Origin: Candidatus Saccharimonadota bacterium
GTDB taxonomy: Bacteria; Pseudomonadota; Gammaproteobacteria; Enterobacterales; Enterobacteriaceae
Assembly: GCF_004296535.1 (NCBI RefSeq)
Contig: NZ_AP018159.1
Coordinates: 30,001 to 62,000 of the forward strand
Reading direction: 5' to 3'
DNA: 32,000 bases
In this document: piece after piece, positions 1-9,622 of the stretch
Position numbering within the stretch: position 1 is the first letter of the stretch
Layout: each line of letters begins with the position of its first letter
Made by a program: the position numbers and the translations under genes
The notes under the pieces: model-generated
What the model was told of the DNA's origin: nothing
What the model saw: the letters and a program-made list of their open reading frames with translations, nothing else
Databases searched by the model: none

Positions 1-811
1 ATCTAGTTATAGAATCCAATAAAATAATAACATCTTTTTTATTTTCAACTAACCTTTTAGCTCTTTCTATAATTATTTCTGCAACTTGTACATGTTTATA
101 CGCTGGTTCATCAAAAGTAGAATAAATAACATTTTTATATGATATTTTATTTTGCATCTCAGTAACTTCTTCAGGCCTTTCATCTATTAATAATATTATT
201 AATATACAATCAGGATAATTTATAGATATACTTTTAGCAATACTTTGTAATAAAATAGTTTTACCAGCTTTAGGAGGAGCTACTATTAATCCTCTTTGAC
301 CTCTTCCTATAGGAGAAGATATATCTAATATTCTTGTAGTTAAATCTTCTATTGAACCATCACCAATTTCCATTATTAATCTAGAATTAGCATGTAATGG
401 AGTTAAATTTTCAAATAATATTTTATTTTTATAATTTTCAAGTTTATTAAAGTTTATTTCATCTATTTTTAATAACGCAAAATATTTTTCTCCTTCTTTA
501 GGTGGTCTTATTTTACCAGAAATAGTATCTCCTATTCTTAAATTAAATTTTCTTATTTGACTTGGAGAAACATATATATCATCTGGACCTGCTAAATATG
601 AATTATTTATAGATCTTAAAAAACCAAATCCATCTTGTAAAATATCTAAAACACCATCTCCAAATATGTCATCTCCTTTATTAGCATAATATTTTAATAT
701 TTGGAAAATTATTTCTCTTTTATGCATTCTTGAAATATTTTCAATAGAAAATTTTTCTCCCAAATTTATTAATTCAGAAATATCTATATTTTTTAAATCC
801 GTTAAATTCAT
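1..811 (-). CDS. rho: Transcription termination factor Rho, N-terminal approx 270 codons (3' end runs off the window start)
   Basis: Not in the ORF track (edge ORF). Manual reverse-strand translation from ATG at 811-809 gives [67 protein letters not shown]...[20 protein letters not shown]...[40 protein letters not shown]. This is collinear with Rho N-terminal, RNA-binding and Walker A regions. The frame stays open to position 1. Confidence 0.95.
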   Translation of the reverse strand, partial: MNLTDLKNIDISELINLGEKFSIENISRMHKREIIFQILKYYANKGDDIFGDGVLDILQDGFGFLRSINNSYLAGPDDIYVSPSQIRKFNLRIGDTISGKIRPPKEGEKYFALLKIDEINFNKLENYKNKILFENLTPLHANSRLIMEIGDGSIEDLTTRILDISSPIGRGQRGLIVAPPKAGKTILLQSIAKSISINYPDCILIILLIDERPEEVTEMQNKISYKNVIYSTFDEPAYKHVQVAEIIIERAKRLVENKKDVIILLDSITR

Positions 812-966
812 AAAATTTATATTAATTTTAAAATTAAGAAAATATTTAAAATTTAAATTTATTTATTTAATAAAAAAAAATATTTTTTTATATTAAAAAA
901 TAAAGAAAAAATTTTAAATAAATTAAATAGAATAAATAAATTAATTAGATAATATAAAATAAAAAA

Positions 967-1037
967 TAGGGATGAAGAGATTCGAACTCCTACATCCGGT
1001 TTTGGAGACCGGCAGTCTACCATTAAATTACATCCCT
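967..1037 (-). tRNA. trpT: tRNA-Trp (anticodon CCA)
   Basis: The reverse complement AGGGATGTAATTTAATGGTAGACTGCCGGTCTCCAAAACCGGATGTAGGAGTTCGAATCTCTTCATCCCTA folds as a cloverleaf. Acceptor AGGGATG/CATCCCT; anticodon stem CCGGT/ACCGG; loop CTCCAAA identical to the E. coli tRNA-Trp loop; T-loop TTCGAAT. No encoded CCA. The D stem has one mismatch. Confidence 0.9.
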
Positions 1038-1061
1038 ATCTATAAAAATAGAATAACTTTT

Positions 1062-1135
1062 TGGAGTTAAGCGGAATCGAACCGCTAACCTTCTGCGTGC
1101 AAAACAGATGCTCTAACCATTTGAGCTATAACCCC
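1062..1135 (-). tRNA. tRNA-Ala (anticodon UGC)
   Basis: Reverse complement parses as GGGGTTA TA GCTC AAATGGTTA GAGC A TCTGT TTTGCAC GCAGA AGGTT AGCGG TTCGATT CCGCT TAACTCC A. It carries the G3:U70 alanine identity pair and anticodon loop TT-TGC-AC. No encoded CCA. Confidence 0.92.
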
Positions 1136-1146
1136 ACAAATTTATT

Positions 1147-1220
1147 TAGGCTTGAACGGATTTGAACCATTGACCTCACCCTTATCAGGGGTGTGCTCTT
1201 CCATACTGAGCTACAAGCCT
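1147..1220 (-). tRNA. tRNA-Ile (anticodon GAU)
   Basis: Reverse complement parses as AGGCTTG TA GCTC AGTATGGAA GAGC A CACCC CTGATAA GGGTG AGGTC AATGG TTCAAAT CCGTT CAAGCCT A. It is nearly collinear with E. coli ileT/U/V. No encoded CCA. Confidence 0.92.
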
Positions 1221-1273
1221 TCTAAAAATAAAAACATAAAAAAAAATAAAAAAATAAAATATTTTTTTATTTT

Positions 1274-2956
<1,683 letters not shown>

Positions 2957-2960
2957 TTAT

Positions 2961-3251
2961 TTATTCAATTATTGCTAGTATATCACTTTCTGATAAAATT
3001 AATAATTCTTCACCATTAATTTTTTCAGATTTAACTCCATAACCGTCATTAAAAATAACTACATCATTTATTTTAACACTTAATGGCATAACTTTACCAT
3101 TATCTAAAACTCTTCCATTACCAACTGATATAACTTTTCCTCTAGTAGATTTTCCAATAGAAGATTCTGTTAAAACTATTCCACCAGAAGATTTTGTTTC
3201 TAACTCTTCTCTTTTTAAAACAACTTTATCATATAATGGTTTAATTTTCAT
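2961..3251 (-). CDS. groES: Co-chaperonin GroES (Hsp10)
   Basis: 96-aa [34 protein letters not shown]...[17 protein letters not shown] has typical GroES length and mobile-loop region, and lies immediately upstream of groEL. Confidence 0.98.
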   Translation of the reverse strand: MKIKPLYDKVVLKREELETKSSGGIVLTESSIGKSTRGKVISVGNGRVLDNGKVMPLSVKINDVVIFNDGYGVKSEKINGEELLILSESDILAIIE

Positions 3252-3325
3252 ATAATTTTAAATTTATTATAAAATATTTTTTTTAAAAAAATTTATTTAA
3301 TAAAAAATAAAATAATTTTAAAGAA

Positions 3326-3354
3326 ATTATATTAAATAATATTAAATAATACAA
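3326..3354 (-). promoter_or_regulatory. Candidate sigma70-type promoter for groES-groEL (-35 TTGTAT, 17-nt spacer, -10 TATAAT)
   Basis: Read on the minus strand: TTGTAT at 3354-3349, a 17-nt spacer, then a perfect TATAAT at 3331-3326, roughly 75 nt upstream of the groES ATG. TATAAT-like hexamers are frequent by chance in this composition, so this is a weak call. Confidence 0.3.
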
Positions 3355-3366
3355 TAATAAATATTG

Positions 3367-3395
3367 TTGTAATAAATAATTATATTTAATATAAT
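3367..3395 (+). promoter_or_regulatory. Candidate sigma70-type promoter for tRNA-Phe/dnaB (-35 TTGTAA, 17-nt spacer, -10 TATAAT)
   Basis: TTGTAA at 3367-3372, a 17-nt spacer, then a perfect TATAAT at 3390-3395, about 68 nt upstream of the tRNA-Phe 5' end. Same chance-occurrence caveat as the groES candidate. Confidence 0.3.
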
Positions 3396-3463
3396 TTTAT
3401 TATACTAAATTTTTAAAAAAAATATTTAAAATGTAATAAATAATATATTTATTTTTTTATAAA

Positions 3464-3536
3464 GCCCAGATAGCTCAGTAGGTAGAGCAATGGACTGAAG
3501 ATCCATGTGTCGATGGTTCAATTCCATCTCTGGGCA
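3464..3536 (+). tRNA. tRNA-Phe (anticodon GAA)
   Basis: Parses as GCCCAGA TA GCTC AGTAGGTA GAGC A ATGGA CTGAAGA TCCAT GTGTC GATGG TTCAATT CCATC TCTGGGC A, a clean cloverleaf. No encoded CCA. Confidence 0.93.
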
Positions 3537-3588
3537 ATAAAAATAAAATTAATTAAACAAAAAAAAATAAAAAATTTAAAATATATTA

Positions 3589-4971
3589 ATGATAAAGTTA
3601 AATAGTTATAAATATTTTAAAAATAACACAGAAATAAAAAAGTTACCAAATTCTATAGAAGCTGAACAATCTGTTATAGGAGGATTAATTATATCAAATA
3701 ATAAAATAGATCAAGTAATAAGTAAAATAAACAAAGAAGATTTTTTTATTCCTCAACATAAAATAATTTTTAACGAAATAAATAATTTATTTAACCAAAA
3801 AAAACCGGTAGATTTAATAACATTATCAGAATCATTAGAAAGAAAAAAAATATTAAAATTAATAGGAGGTTTTTCATATTTAGCAGAATTATCTAAAAAT
3901 ACTTCAAATGTATTAAATATAATAACATATTGCGAAATAATAAAAGAAAAATCAATACTAAGAAAAATATTAAATATATTTAATAATATATCTAAACTAT
4001 GTTATAAACCAAATTATTTAAAAAATAATGAATTATTAAATTTAATAGAATTAAAAATTTCTCAAATATCTAATAAATTAACAAATAATGACAATAATCC
4101 TCAAAAAATAGAAAATATTTTAAATAAAACAATAAATAATATAAAAAAATTATACAATAATCCTAATAATAATAAAATAATAGGAATAAAAACAGGATAT
4201 TTAGAATTAGATAAAAAAACATTAGGATTTCAAAAATCTGATTTAATAATAATAGCAGCAAGACCATCAATGGGTAAAACAACTTTTGCAATTAATTTAT
4301 GCGAATACTCATTATTAAATGATAATAAACCAGTATTAATATTTAGTTTAGAAATGTCTAGTGAACAAATAATGACTAAAATATTATCATCATTAACAAA
4401 AATTGATCATATAAATATAAGAACTGGAAATCTTACTAAAATAGAATGGAAAAAAATATTTGATATAGCAAATATTTTAAATAAAAAAAAAAATATATAT
4501 ATTGATGATTCATCATCATTAACAACTACAGAAATAAGATCTAAATCTAAAAAAATATTTAGAGAAAATAATGGAATAAATTTAATAGTAATAGATTATC
4601 TTCAATTAATAAAAACTCCATTTATGTACCATAATAGAACTTTAGAAATAACAGAAATATCTAGATTTTTAAAATCTTTAGCAAAAGAATTAAATATACC
4701 TATAATAACAATATCTCAATTAAATAGAAGTTTAGAACAAAGATCAAATAAAAGACCTATTAATTCAGATTTAAGAGAATCAGGTTCTATAGAACAAGAT
4801 GCAGATTTAATAATGTTTTTATATAGAGAAGAAATTTATAAAGAAAATGATAATAAAAAAGGAGGAGGAATTACAGAAATTATAATAAGTAAACATAGAA
4901 ACGGACCTATAGGATTAATAAAATTAATATTTAATAATAAATTTTCAAGATTTGATAATTTAAAAAATTAA
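3589..4971 (+). CDS. dnaB: Replicative DNA helicase DnaB
   Basis: 460-aa ORF. N-terminal LPNSIEAEQSVIGGLI motif, Walker A in IIIAARPSMGKTTFAINL, then IDYLQLI, SQLNRSLEQRSNKRPINSDLRESGSIEQDADLIMFLYREE and ISKHRNGPIG. Confidence 0.97.
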   Translation: MIKLNSYKYFKNNTEIKKLPNSIEAEQSVIGGLIISNNKIDQVISKINKEDFFIPQHKIIFNEINNLFNQKKPVDLITLSESLERKKILKLIGGFSYLAELSKNTSNVLNIITYCEIIKEKSILRKILNIFNNISKLCYKPNYLKNNELLNLIELKISQISNKLTNNDNNPQKIENILNKTINNIKKLYNNPNNNKIIGIKTGYLELDKKTLGFQKSDLIIIAARPSMGKTTFAINLCEYSLLNDNKPVLIFSLEMSSEQIMTKILSSLTKIDHINIRTGNLTKIEWKKIFDIANILNKKKNIYIDDSSSLTTTEIRSKSKKIFRENNGINLIVIDYLQLIKTPFMYHNRTLEITEISRFLKSLAKELNIPIITISQLNRSLEQRSNKRPINSDLRESGSIEQDADLIMFLYREEIYKENDNKKGGGITEIIISKHRNGPIGLIKLIFNNKFSRFDNLKN

Positions 4972-4976
4972 ATAAA

Positions 4977-5855
4977 ATGATTAAAATTAATAACGATAGA
5001 AACAAAAATATATTTTTAATGGATGGAACTTTATATTTATATAGATCATATTATAAATTTTTAAATCTATTTAATTCAAAAAATATTTTAATAAGTGTAA
5101 TACAAGGAATGATATATATAATAAATAAAATAATAAATAATTATAATCCAAAATATTTATTAATAATATATGATTATCCTTGTAAAAATTTTAGAAAAAT
5201 TTCATATAATGAATATAAAAAAAATAGATCAAGTTGTCCAAAAGATTTAATAAATCAAATACCTATAGTAAATGAAATAATTAATAATATGGGAATATTA
5301 ACTATATCAATACCTTCAGTAGAATCTGATGATATAATAGGAACTCTATCTAAACAATGTAAAAGAAATGGATTTAATGTTTATATAATTACTATAGATA
5401 AAGATATGATTCAATTAATGTCTAAAAAAGTACATATTTTTGATATATTATCTAACAAAATTTTTAATCCTAATGATATATATTTAAAATATAATGTTAA
5501 TTATTACAATATAATAGATTATTTTTCATTAGTAGGTGATAGTTCTGATAATATACCAGGAATATATGGAATAGGACCAAAAACTGCTAGTATTTTAATA
5601 CAAAAATATAAAAATATTTATAATATATATAAAAATATAAATGAAATTTATAATATAAAAAATTTAAAAAATCCAAAAAAAATAATAAAAAATTTATGTA
5701 AAAATAAAAAAAAATTGATGTTATTTTATAATTTAATAAAAATAAAAACTGATATATTTATAGGATACAAAATAAATGATTTTATTATAAAAAATAAAAA
5801 TATATTAAATTTAAATAAATTATTAAAAAAATACGAAATACTAGATTTATATTAA
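4977..5855 (+). CDS. polA: 5'-3' exonuclease (DNA polymerase I N-terminal 5' nuclease domain only)
   Basis: 292-aa ORF with PolA 5'-nuclease motifs: MDGTLYLYRSY, VESDDIIGTL, TIDKDMIQL, and the H3TH region VGDSSDNIPGIYGIGPKTAS. The C-terminus LLKKYEI matches the end of the E. coli PolA small fragment (LFKKYEF). A stop follows directly, so no Klenow/polymerase domain is present. Confidence 0.88.
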   Translation: MIKINNDRNKNIFLMDGTLYLYRSYYKFLNLFNSKNILISVIQGMIYIINKIINNYNPKYLLIIYDYPCKNFRKISYNEYKKNRSSCPKDLINQIPIVNEIINNMGILTISIPSVESDDIIGTLSKQCKRNGFNVYIITIDKDMIQLMSKKVHIFDILSNKIFNPNDIYLKYNVNYYNIIDYFSLVGDSSDNIPGIYGIGPKTASILIQKYKNIYNIYKNINEIYNIKNLKNPKKIIKNLCKNKKKLMLFYNLIKIKTDIFIGYKINDFIIKNKNILNLNKLLKKYEILDLY

Positions 5856-5963
5856 ATTAAATATATTTATAATTTATTATTATATAATATAATTATTTAT
5901 AATATATTATATAAATATTTATATAATATAAATTAAAAAATATTAATTTAAAAGGTATTTAAA

Positions 5964-6398
5964 ATGAATAAAGTAATAGATGTTTATTCAATAGTAGAAA
6001 TATTATTTAATATATATAATAAATTAAAAAAAGAAATAAATAAAAATTTAATAAATGATGGATTATCTATATCAAAAATGAAAATACTAAGATTTATAAA
6101 TTCTAAAAAAACTAGTGCTACAGATATAAAAAATTATATGGAATTTTCTTCAAGAACAATAGTTACGGTATTAGATTCACTTGAAAAAGAAAATTTATTA
6201 TATAGAAAGCAAAGTAAACAAGATAGAAGAATAAAATATGTTTATATAACTGAAAAAGGATTAAAAAAATTAAAATTAGCTGAAATAAAACATAAGATTA
6301 TATTGAATAAATCATTTTCATCTTTAACAAAAATGCAAATAGAAAATTTTTATGAAATATGTGAATCTATAGAAAATAAAAATAAAATATCTAATTAA
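5964..6398 (+). CDS. MarR-family winged-helix transcriptional regulator
   Basis: 144-aa ORF with the MarR wHTH pattern LSISKMKILRFINSKKTSATDIKNYMEFSSRTIVTVLDSLEKENLLYRKQSKQDRRIKYVYITEKGLKKL (recognition helix, DRR wing motif, xTEKG). An AAAGG Shine-Dalgarno-like motif lies about 9 nt upstream. No specific ortholog assignment (for example slyA, which has the same length) can be supported by eye. Confidence 0.72.
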   Translation: MNKVIDVYSIVEILFNIYNKLKKEINKNLINDGLSISKMKILRFINSKKTSATDIKNYMEFSSRTIVTVLDSLEKENLLYRKQSKQDRRIKYVYITEKGLKKLKLAEIKHKIILNKSFSSLTKMQIENFYEICESIENKNKISN

Positions 6399-6491
6399 TT
6401 TTTTTTAAAAAAATGAATAAATATGAATTAGTTATAGATCTTATACTAAAAGAAAAAAAAATAAATAAAAGTGACTTTATAAAAAAAACAA

Positions 6492-7928
6492 ATGAAAAAA
6501 ATTAGTTATAATTATTTTTTAAATAAAATAGAAAATGAAGTTTTTAACAAAATTAAATTTTATATTAAAAAATTTAATTTAATAAATTTTGTTGTTTTAT
6601 TTAGTGGGGGATTAGATTCTACGGTTTTAATTTATATTTTTAATAAAATAAAAAATATATGTCCTATAAATATAAAAGTTTTACATATAAATCATAATAT
6701 AAATAATAACTCTATATTATATAGTAATCATTGTTTAAATTTTTGTAAAAAATTAAATTTAAAAATAAAAATACTAAATATAAATATAAATAAAGAATTA
6801 ATAAAAAAATTTGGATATGAATATTCGTATAGAATATCTAGATTAAATATAATAAAAAAAAATATTAATAAAAAAAATGACATATTAGTAACAGCACATC
6901 ATAAAAATGATCAAATAGAAACTTTATTTTTGTTTTTAGATAGAATAAGTGGACTAAATGGATTATCTGGAATAAAATCTTATAATAAAATATTTAATAT
7001 TAAAATAATAAGACCTTTATTAAAATTTAAAAAAATAGAACTTTTTGAATATATAAAAAAGAATAATATACAATATATATATGATATTACAAATAAAGAT
7101 ATAAATATTAAAAGAAATTTTATAAGACACAAATTAATATCTAATATAGAAAATATATATCCTAAATTTATAGATTCTATATATAAAAGTATGATTATTA
7201 TTAATAATCAATATTTATTATTATATTTTTTAATAAAAAAAAATTTAAAAAAAATATTAAATAATGATAAAAAAATATTAGATATAAAAATTATAAAAAA
7301 AAATATTTATAATGAAATTCATTTTTTTTATTTAATAAAAGATTGGTTATCCAAAATATATAATATTTATATTAATATAAAAAAATCAAATATTATTTAT
7401 AAAAAAATATTATATGATGATAATATAAATAATAAAAAAATAACATCATTACAAATAAATAATAATAATTTTATAATTAAATATAATAATTTTTTTCATT
7501 TAATAAAAAAACCAAGAATTAATAAAAGATATATTTTATTATATAAAGAAAATAATATATTATATTTACCAGAAAATATGGGACATATCATTTTCAATAA
7601 AAATATAAATGAAAAAAATAAAAATTATATATACACAAAAGTAAATAAAAACTTTTTTTATGAAAAAATAACAATACAATTTTTTACAATTTCTTTTAAA
7701 GAAAAAGTTTTTTTTCATAAAAATAAAATAAAAATAAAAGATATTTTTAATAAATATAAAATACCTTATTTAATAAGAAAACAAATACCATTATTATTTT
7801 ATAATGAAAAATTAATTTCTATATTAAATTTATTTGTTATTAATAACATTAACAATAAAAATAATGACTTTATATATATAAAATGGTTTAATTCTCCAAT
7901 AAAAAAATATTTATACAATATTATATAA
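6492..7928 (+). CDS. tilS: tRNA(Ile)-lysidine synthase TilS
   Basis: 478-aa ORF with an N-terminal PP-loop (VVLFSGGLDSTVL) and the motif TAHHKNDQIETLFL. It lies next to proS as in Enterobacterales. Confidence 0.88.
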   Translation: MKKISYNYFLNKIENEVFNKIKFYIKKFNLINFVVLFSGGLDSTVLIYIFNKIKNICPINIKVLHINHNINNNSILYSNHCLNFCKKLNLKIKILNININKELIKKFGYEYSYRISRLNIIKKNINKKNDILVTAHHKNDQIETLFLFLDRISGLNGLSGIKSYNKIFNIKIIRPLLKFKKIELFEYIKKNNIQYIYDITNKDINIKRNFIRHKLISNIENIYPKFIDSIYKSMIIINNQYLLLYFLIKKNLKKILNNDKKILDIKIIKKNIYNEIHFFYLIKDWLSKIYNIYINIKKSNIIYKKILYDDNINNKKITSLQINNNNFIIKYNNFFHLIKKPRINKRYILLYKENNILYLPENMGHIIFNKNINEKNKNYIYTKVNKNFFYEKITIQFFTISFKEKVFFHKNKIKIKDIFNKYKIPYLIRKQIPLLFYNEKLISILNLFVINNINNKNNDFIYIKWFNSPIKKYLYNII

Positions 7929-7933
7929 AAATA

Positions 7934-9622
7934 ATGAAATCAAAAGAATATTTATTTTTAACATTAAAAAATTATAAAAATAGTAAATATAATGAAATTC
8001 ATAATTTAATGGTAAAACTAGGTATAATTAGACAATTAAGTTCTGGAATATATTCATGGTTACCAACGGGAAAAGCTATTTTAGACAAAATATTCAATTA
8101 TATAAAATTTGAAATGAATAAAATAAAATGTTTAGAAATGTTAATTCCTATATTACAATCTGAAGAAATATGGAAAAATAATAAAAAATATAAAATTTAT
8201 AAGTCTGAATTAATTATAACAAAAAAAGTAAACAACAAAAAATTTATTTTAAGTCCTACAAATGAAGAAATAATTCTATATTTAATTAAAAAAGAAATTA
8301 ATAATATTAATTTACCATTAAAAATATTTCAAATACAAAGTAAATTTAGAAATGAAATAAGAATTAATAAAGGAATATTAAGAACAAAAGAATTTATAAT
8401 GAAAGATGCATATTCTTTTCATAATTCATACAAATGTTTAAATAATACATATAATATATTTAAAAATACTTATAAAAAAATATTTAATAAATTTAATATA
8501 AAAACTTTTGCTATTAAAACTAAAAATAATAATGGAATAATAAAAGAAAATTTATCTCATGAGTTTCATTCTATATCTGAATATGGAGATAATAAAATAA
8601 TAATATGTAAAAAAACAAATAAAGCTGAAATATTTAAAAATTCAAAAAAAATATATAAACATTATATATTAACCCCTAAAGAAAATATAAAATATATATC
8701 ATATAATTATAAATCTTATAATTATATTTTAAATAAAATATGTTTAGAAAAATTTATAAAAGTTTTTATATTTTATGCAAATACAAATTTAATAAAATCA
8801 AAATTTATAGCATTAGCAATAAAATTTAAAGATTCATTATCTATAAATAAAATTAAAGAGAATATTTCATCATATATAAGATTTCCAATAAAATTAGCAT
8901 CAAAAGATGATATAGTGAAAATTTTTAAAGGTAATGTAGAAATAATAGGAATGTTAAATTTAAAAAATATACCTATTATAATAGATTATAATGTTGCTAT
9001 ATTAAGTGATTTTATAACATCTATAAATATAAATAAAATATTAATACATGGATTAAATTGGAATAATAAATTTATAAAAATAAAAGAAGTATCTGACATA
9101 TCAAATAATAATTCATTAAAAAAAAAATTGATTATAAAAAAAAGTATAGAAATAGCTCATATTTTCAAATTAAATAATAATATTATTAAAACTAATAATG
9201 GTAATAAAAAAAATATATTTATGGGATCTTATGGAATAGGCATATCTAGATTATTATTTTTAACAATAGAAAAAAATTTAAATATAAATGATATTAAATT
9301 ACCATATATATTATCTCCATTTAAAATTTCAATAATTCCAATTAATTATTATAAAAATAAATTTGTATATGATATATCTAATAAATTATATATATTTTTA
9401 AACAAAAAATATATTAATAATATAATTTTAGAAAACAGAAATATAAGTTTTGGAAAATCGTTTAAAGATCATTATTTATTAGGAACTTCAACAATAATAA
9501 TAATAAGTGAAAAATATATTAAATTAAATTTAATAGAAATAATTTATAAAAATAATAAAAAAATATTACAATTAGATTTTAATATCATATTAAAATTTAT
9601 TAAGAAACATTCTCATATGTAA
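7934..9622 (+). CDS. proS: Prolyl-tRNA synthetase
   Basis: 562-aa ORF. N-terminal region matches at GIIRQLSSGIYSWLPTGKAILDKI, class II motif 2 at FRNEIRINKGILRTKEFIMKDAYSFH, and motif 3 region at MGSYGIGISRL. Length is similar to bacterial-type ProRS with an insertion domain. Confidence 0.92.
   Translation: MKSKEYLFLTLKNYKNSKYNEIHNLMVKLGIIRQLSSGIYSWLPTGKAILDKIFNYIKFEMNKIKCLEMLIPILQSEEIWKNNKKYKIYKSELIITKKVNNKKFILSPTNEEIILYLIKKEINNINLPLKIFQIQSKFRNEIRINKGILRTKEFIMKDAYSFHNSYKCLNNTYNIFKNTYKKIFNKFNIKTFAIKTKNNNGIIKENLSHEFHSISEYGDNKIIICKKTNKAEIFKNSKKIYKHYILTPKENIKYISYNYKSYNYILNKICLEKFIKVFIFYANTNLIKSKFIALAIKFKDSLSINKIKENISSYIRFPIKLASKDDIVKIFKGNVEIIGMLNLKNIPIIIDYNVAILSDFITSININKILIHGLNWNNKFIKIKEVSDISNNNSLKKKLIIKKSIEIAHIFKLNNNIIKTNNGNKKNIFMGSYGIGISRLLFLTIEKNLNINDIKLPYILSPFKISIIPINYYKNKFVYDISNKLYIFLNKKYINNIILENRNISFGKSFKDHYLLGTSTIIIISEKYIKLNLIEIIYKNNKKILQLDFNIILKFIKKHSHM

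Noticed and set aside
3252-3463. Possible replication origin in the A+T-rich divergent spacer next to dnaB, at a strand switch
   Set aside because: I could not find any DnaA-box-like 9-mer (TTATCCACA or one- to two-mismatch variants), and no dnaA, dnaN or gidA neighbours. A+T richness is uninformative in this genome. Proximity of dnaB is not an origin marker.
5880-5931. 13-nt direct repeat TTATATAATATAA (5880-5892 and 5919-5931) upstream of the MarR gene as a possible operator
   Set aside because: The repeats consist only of A and T. Matches of this length are expected by chance within a 100-nt pure-A/T spacer. They are direct repeats rather than the inverted type typical of MarR operators.
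6413-6505. 30-codon ORF (MNKYELVIDLILKEKKINKSDFIKKTNEKN) in the marR-tilS spacer, faintly resembling the start of an XRE-type HTH protein
   Set aside because: It is too short, overlaps the tilS start in another frame, has no Shine-Dalgarno motif, and the resemblance is subjective. It could be a gene remnant, but I cannot support that without a profile search.
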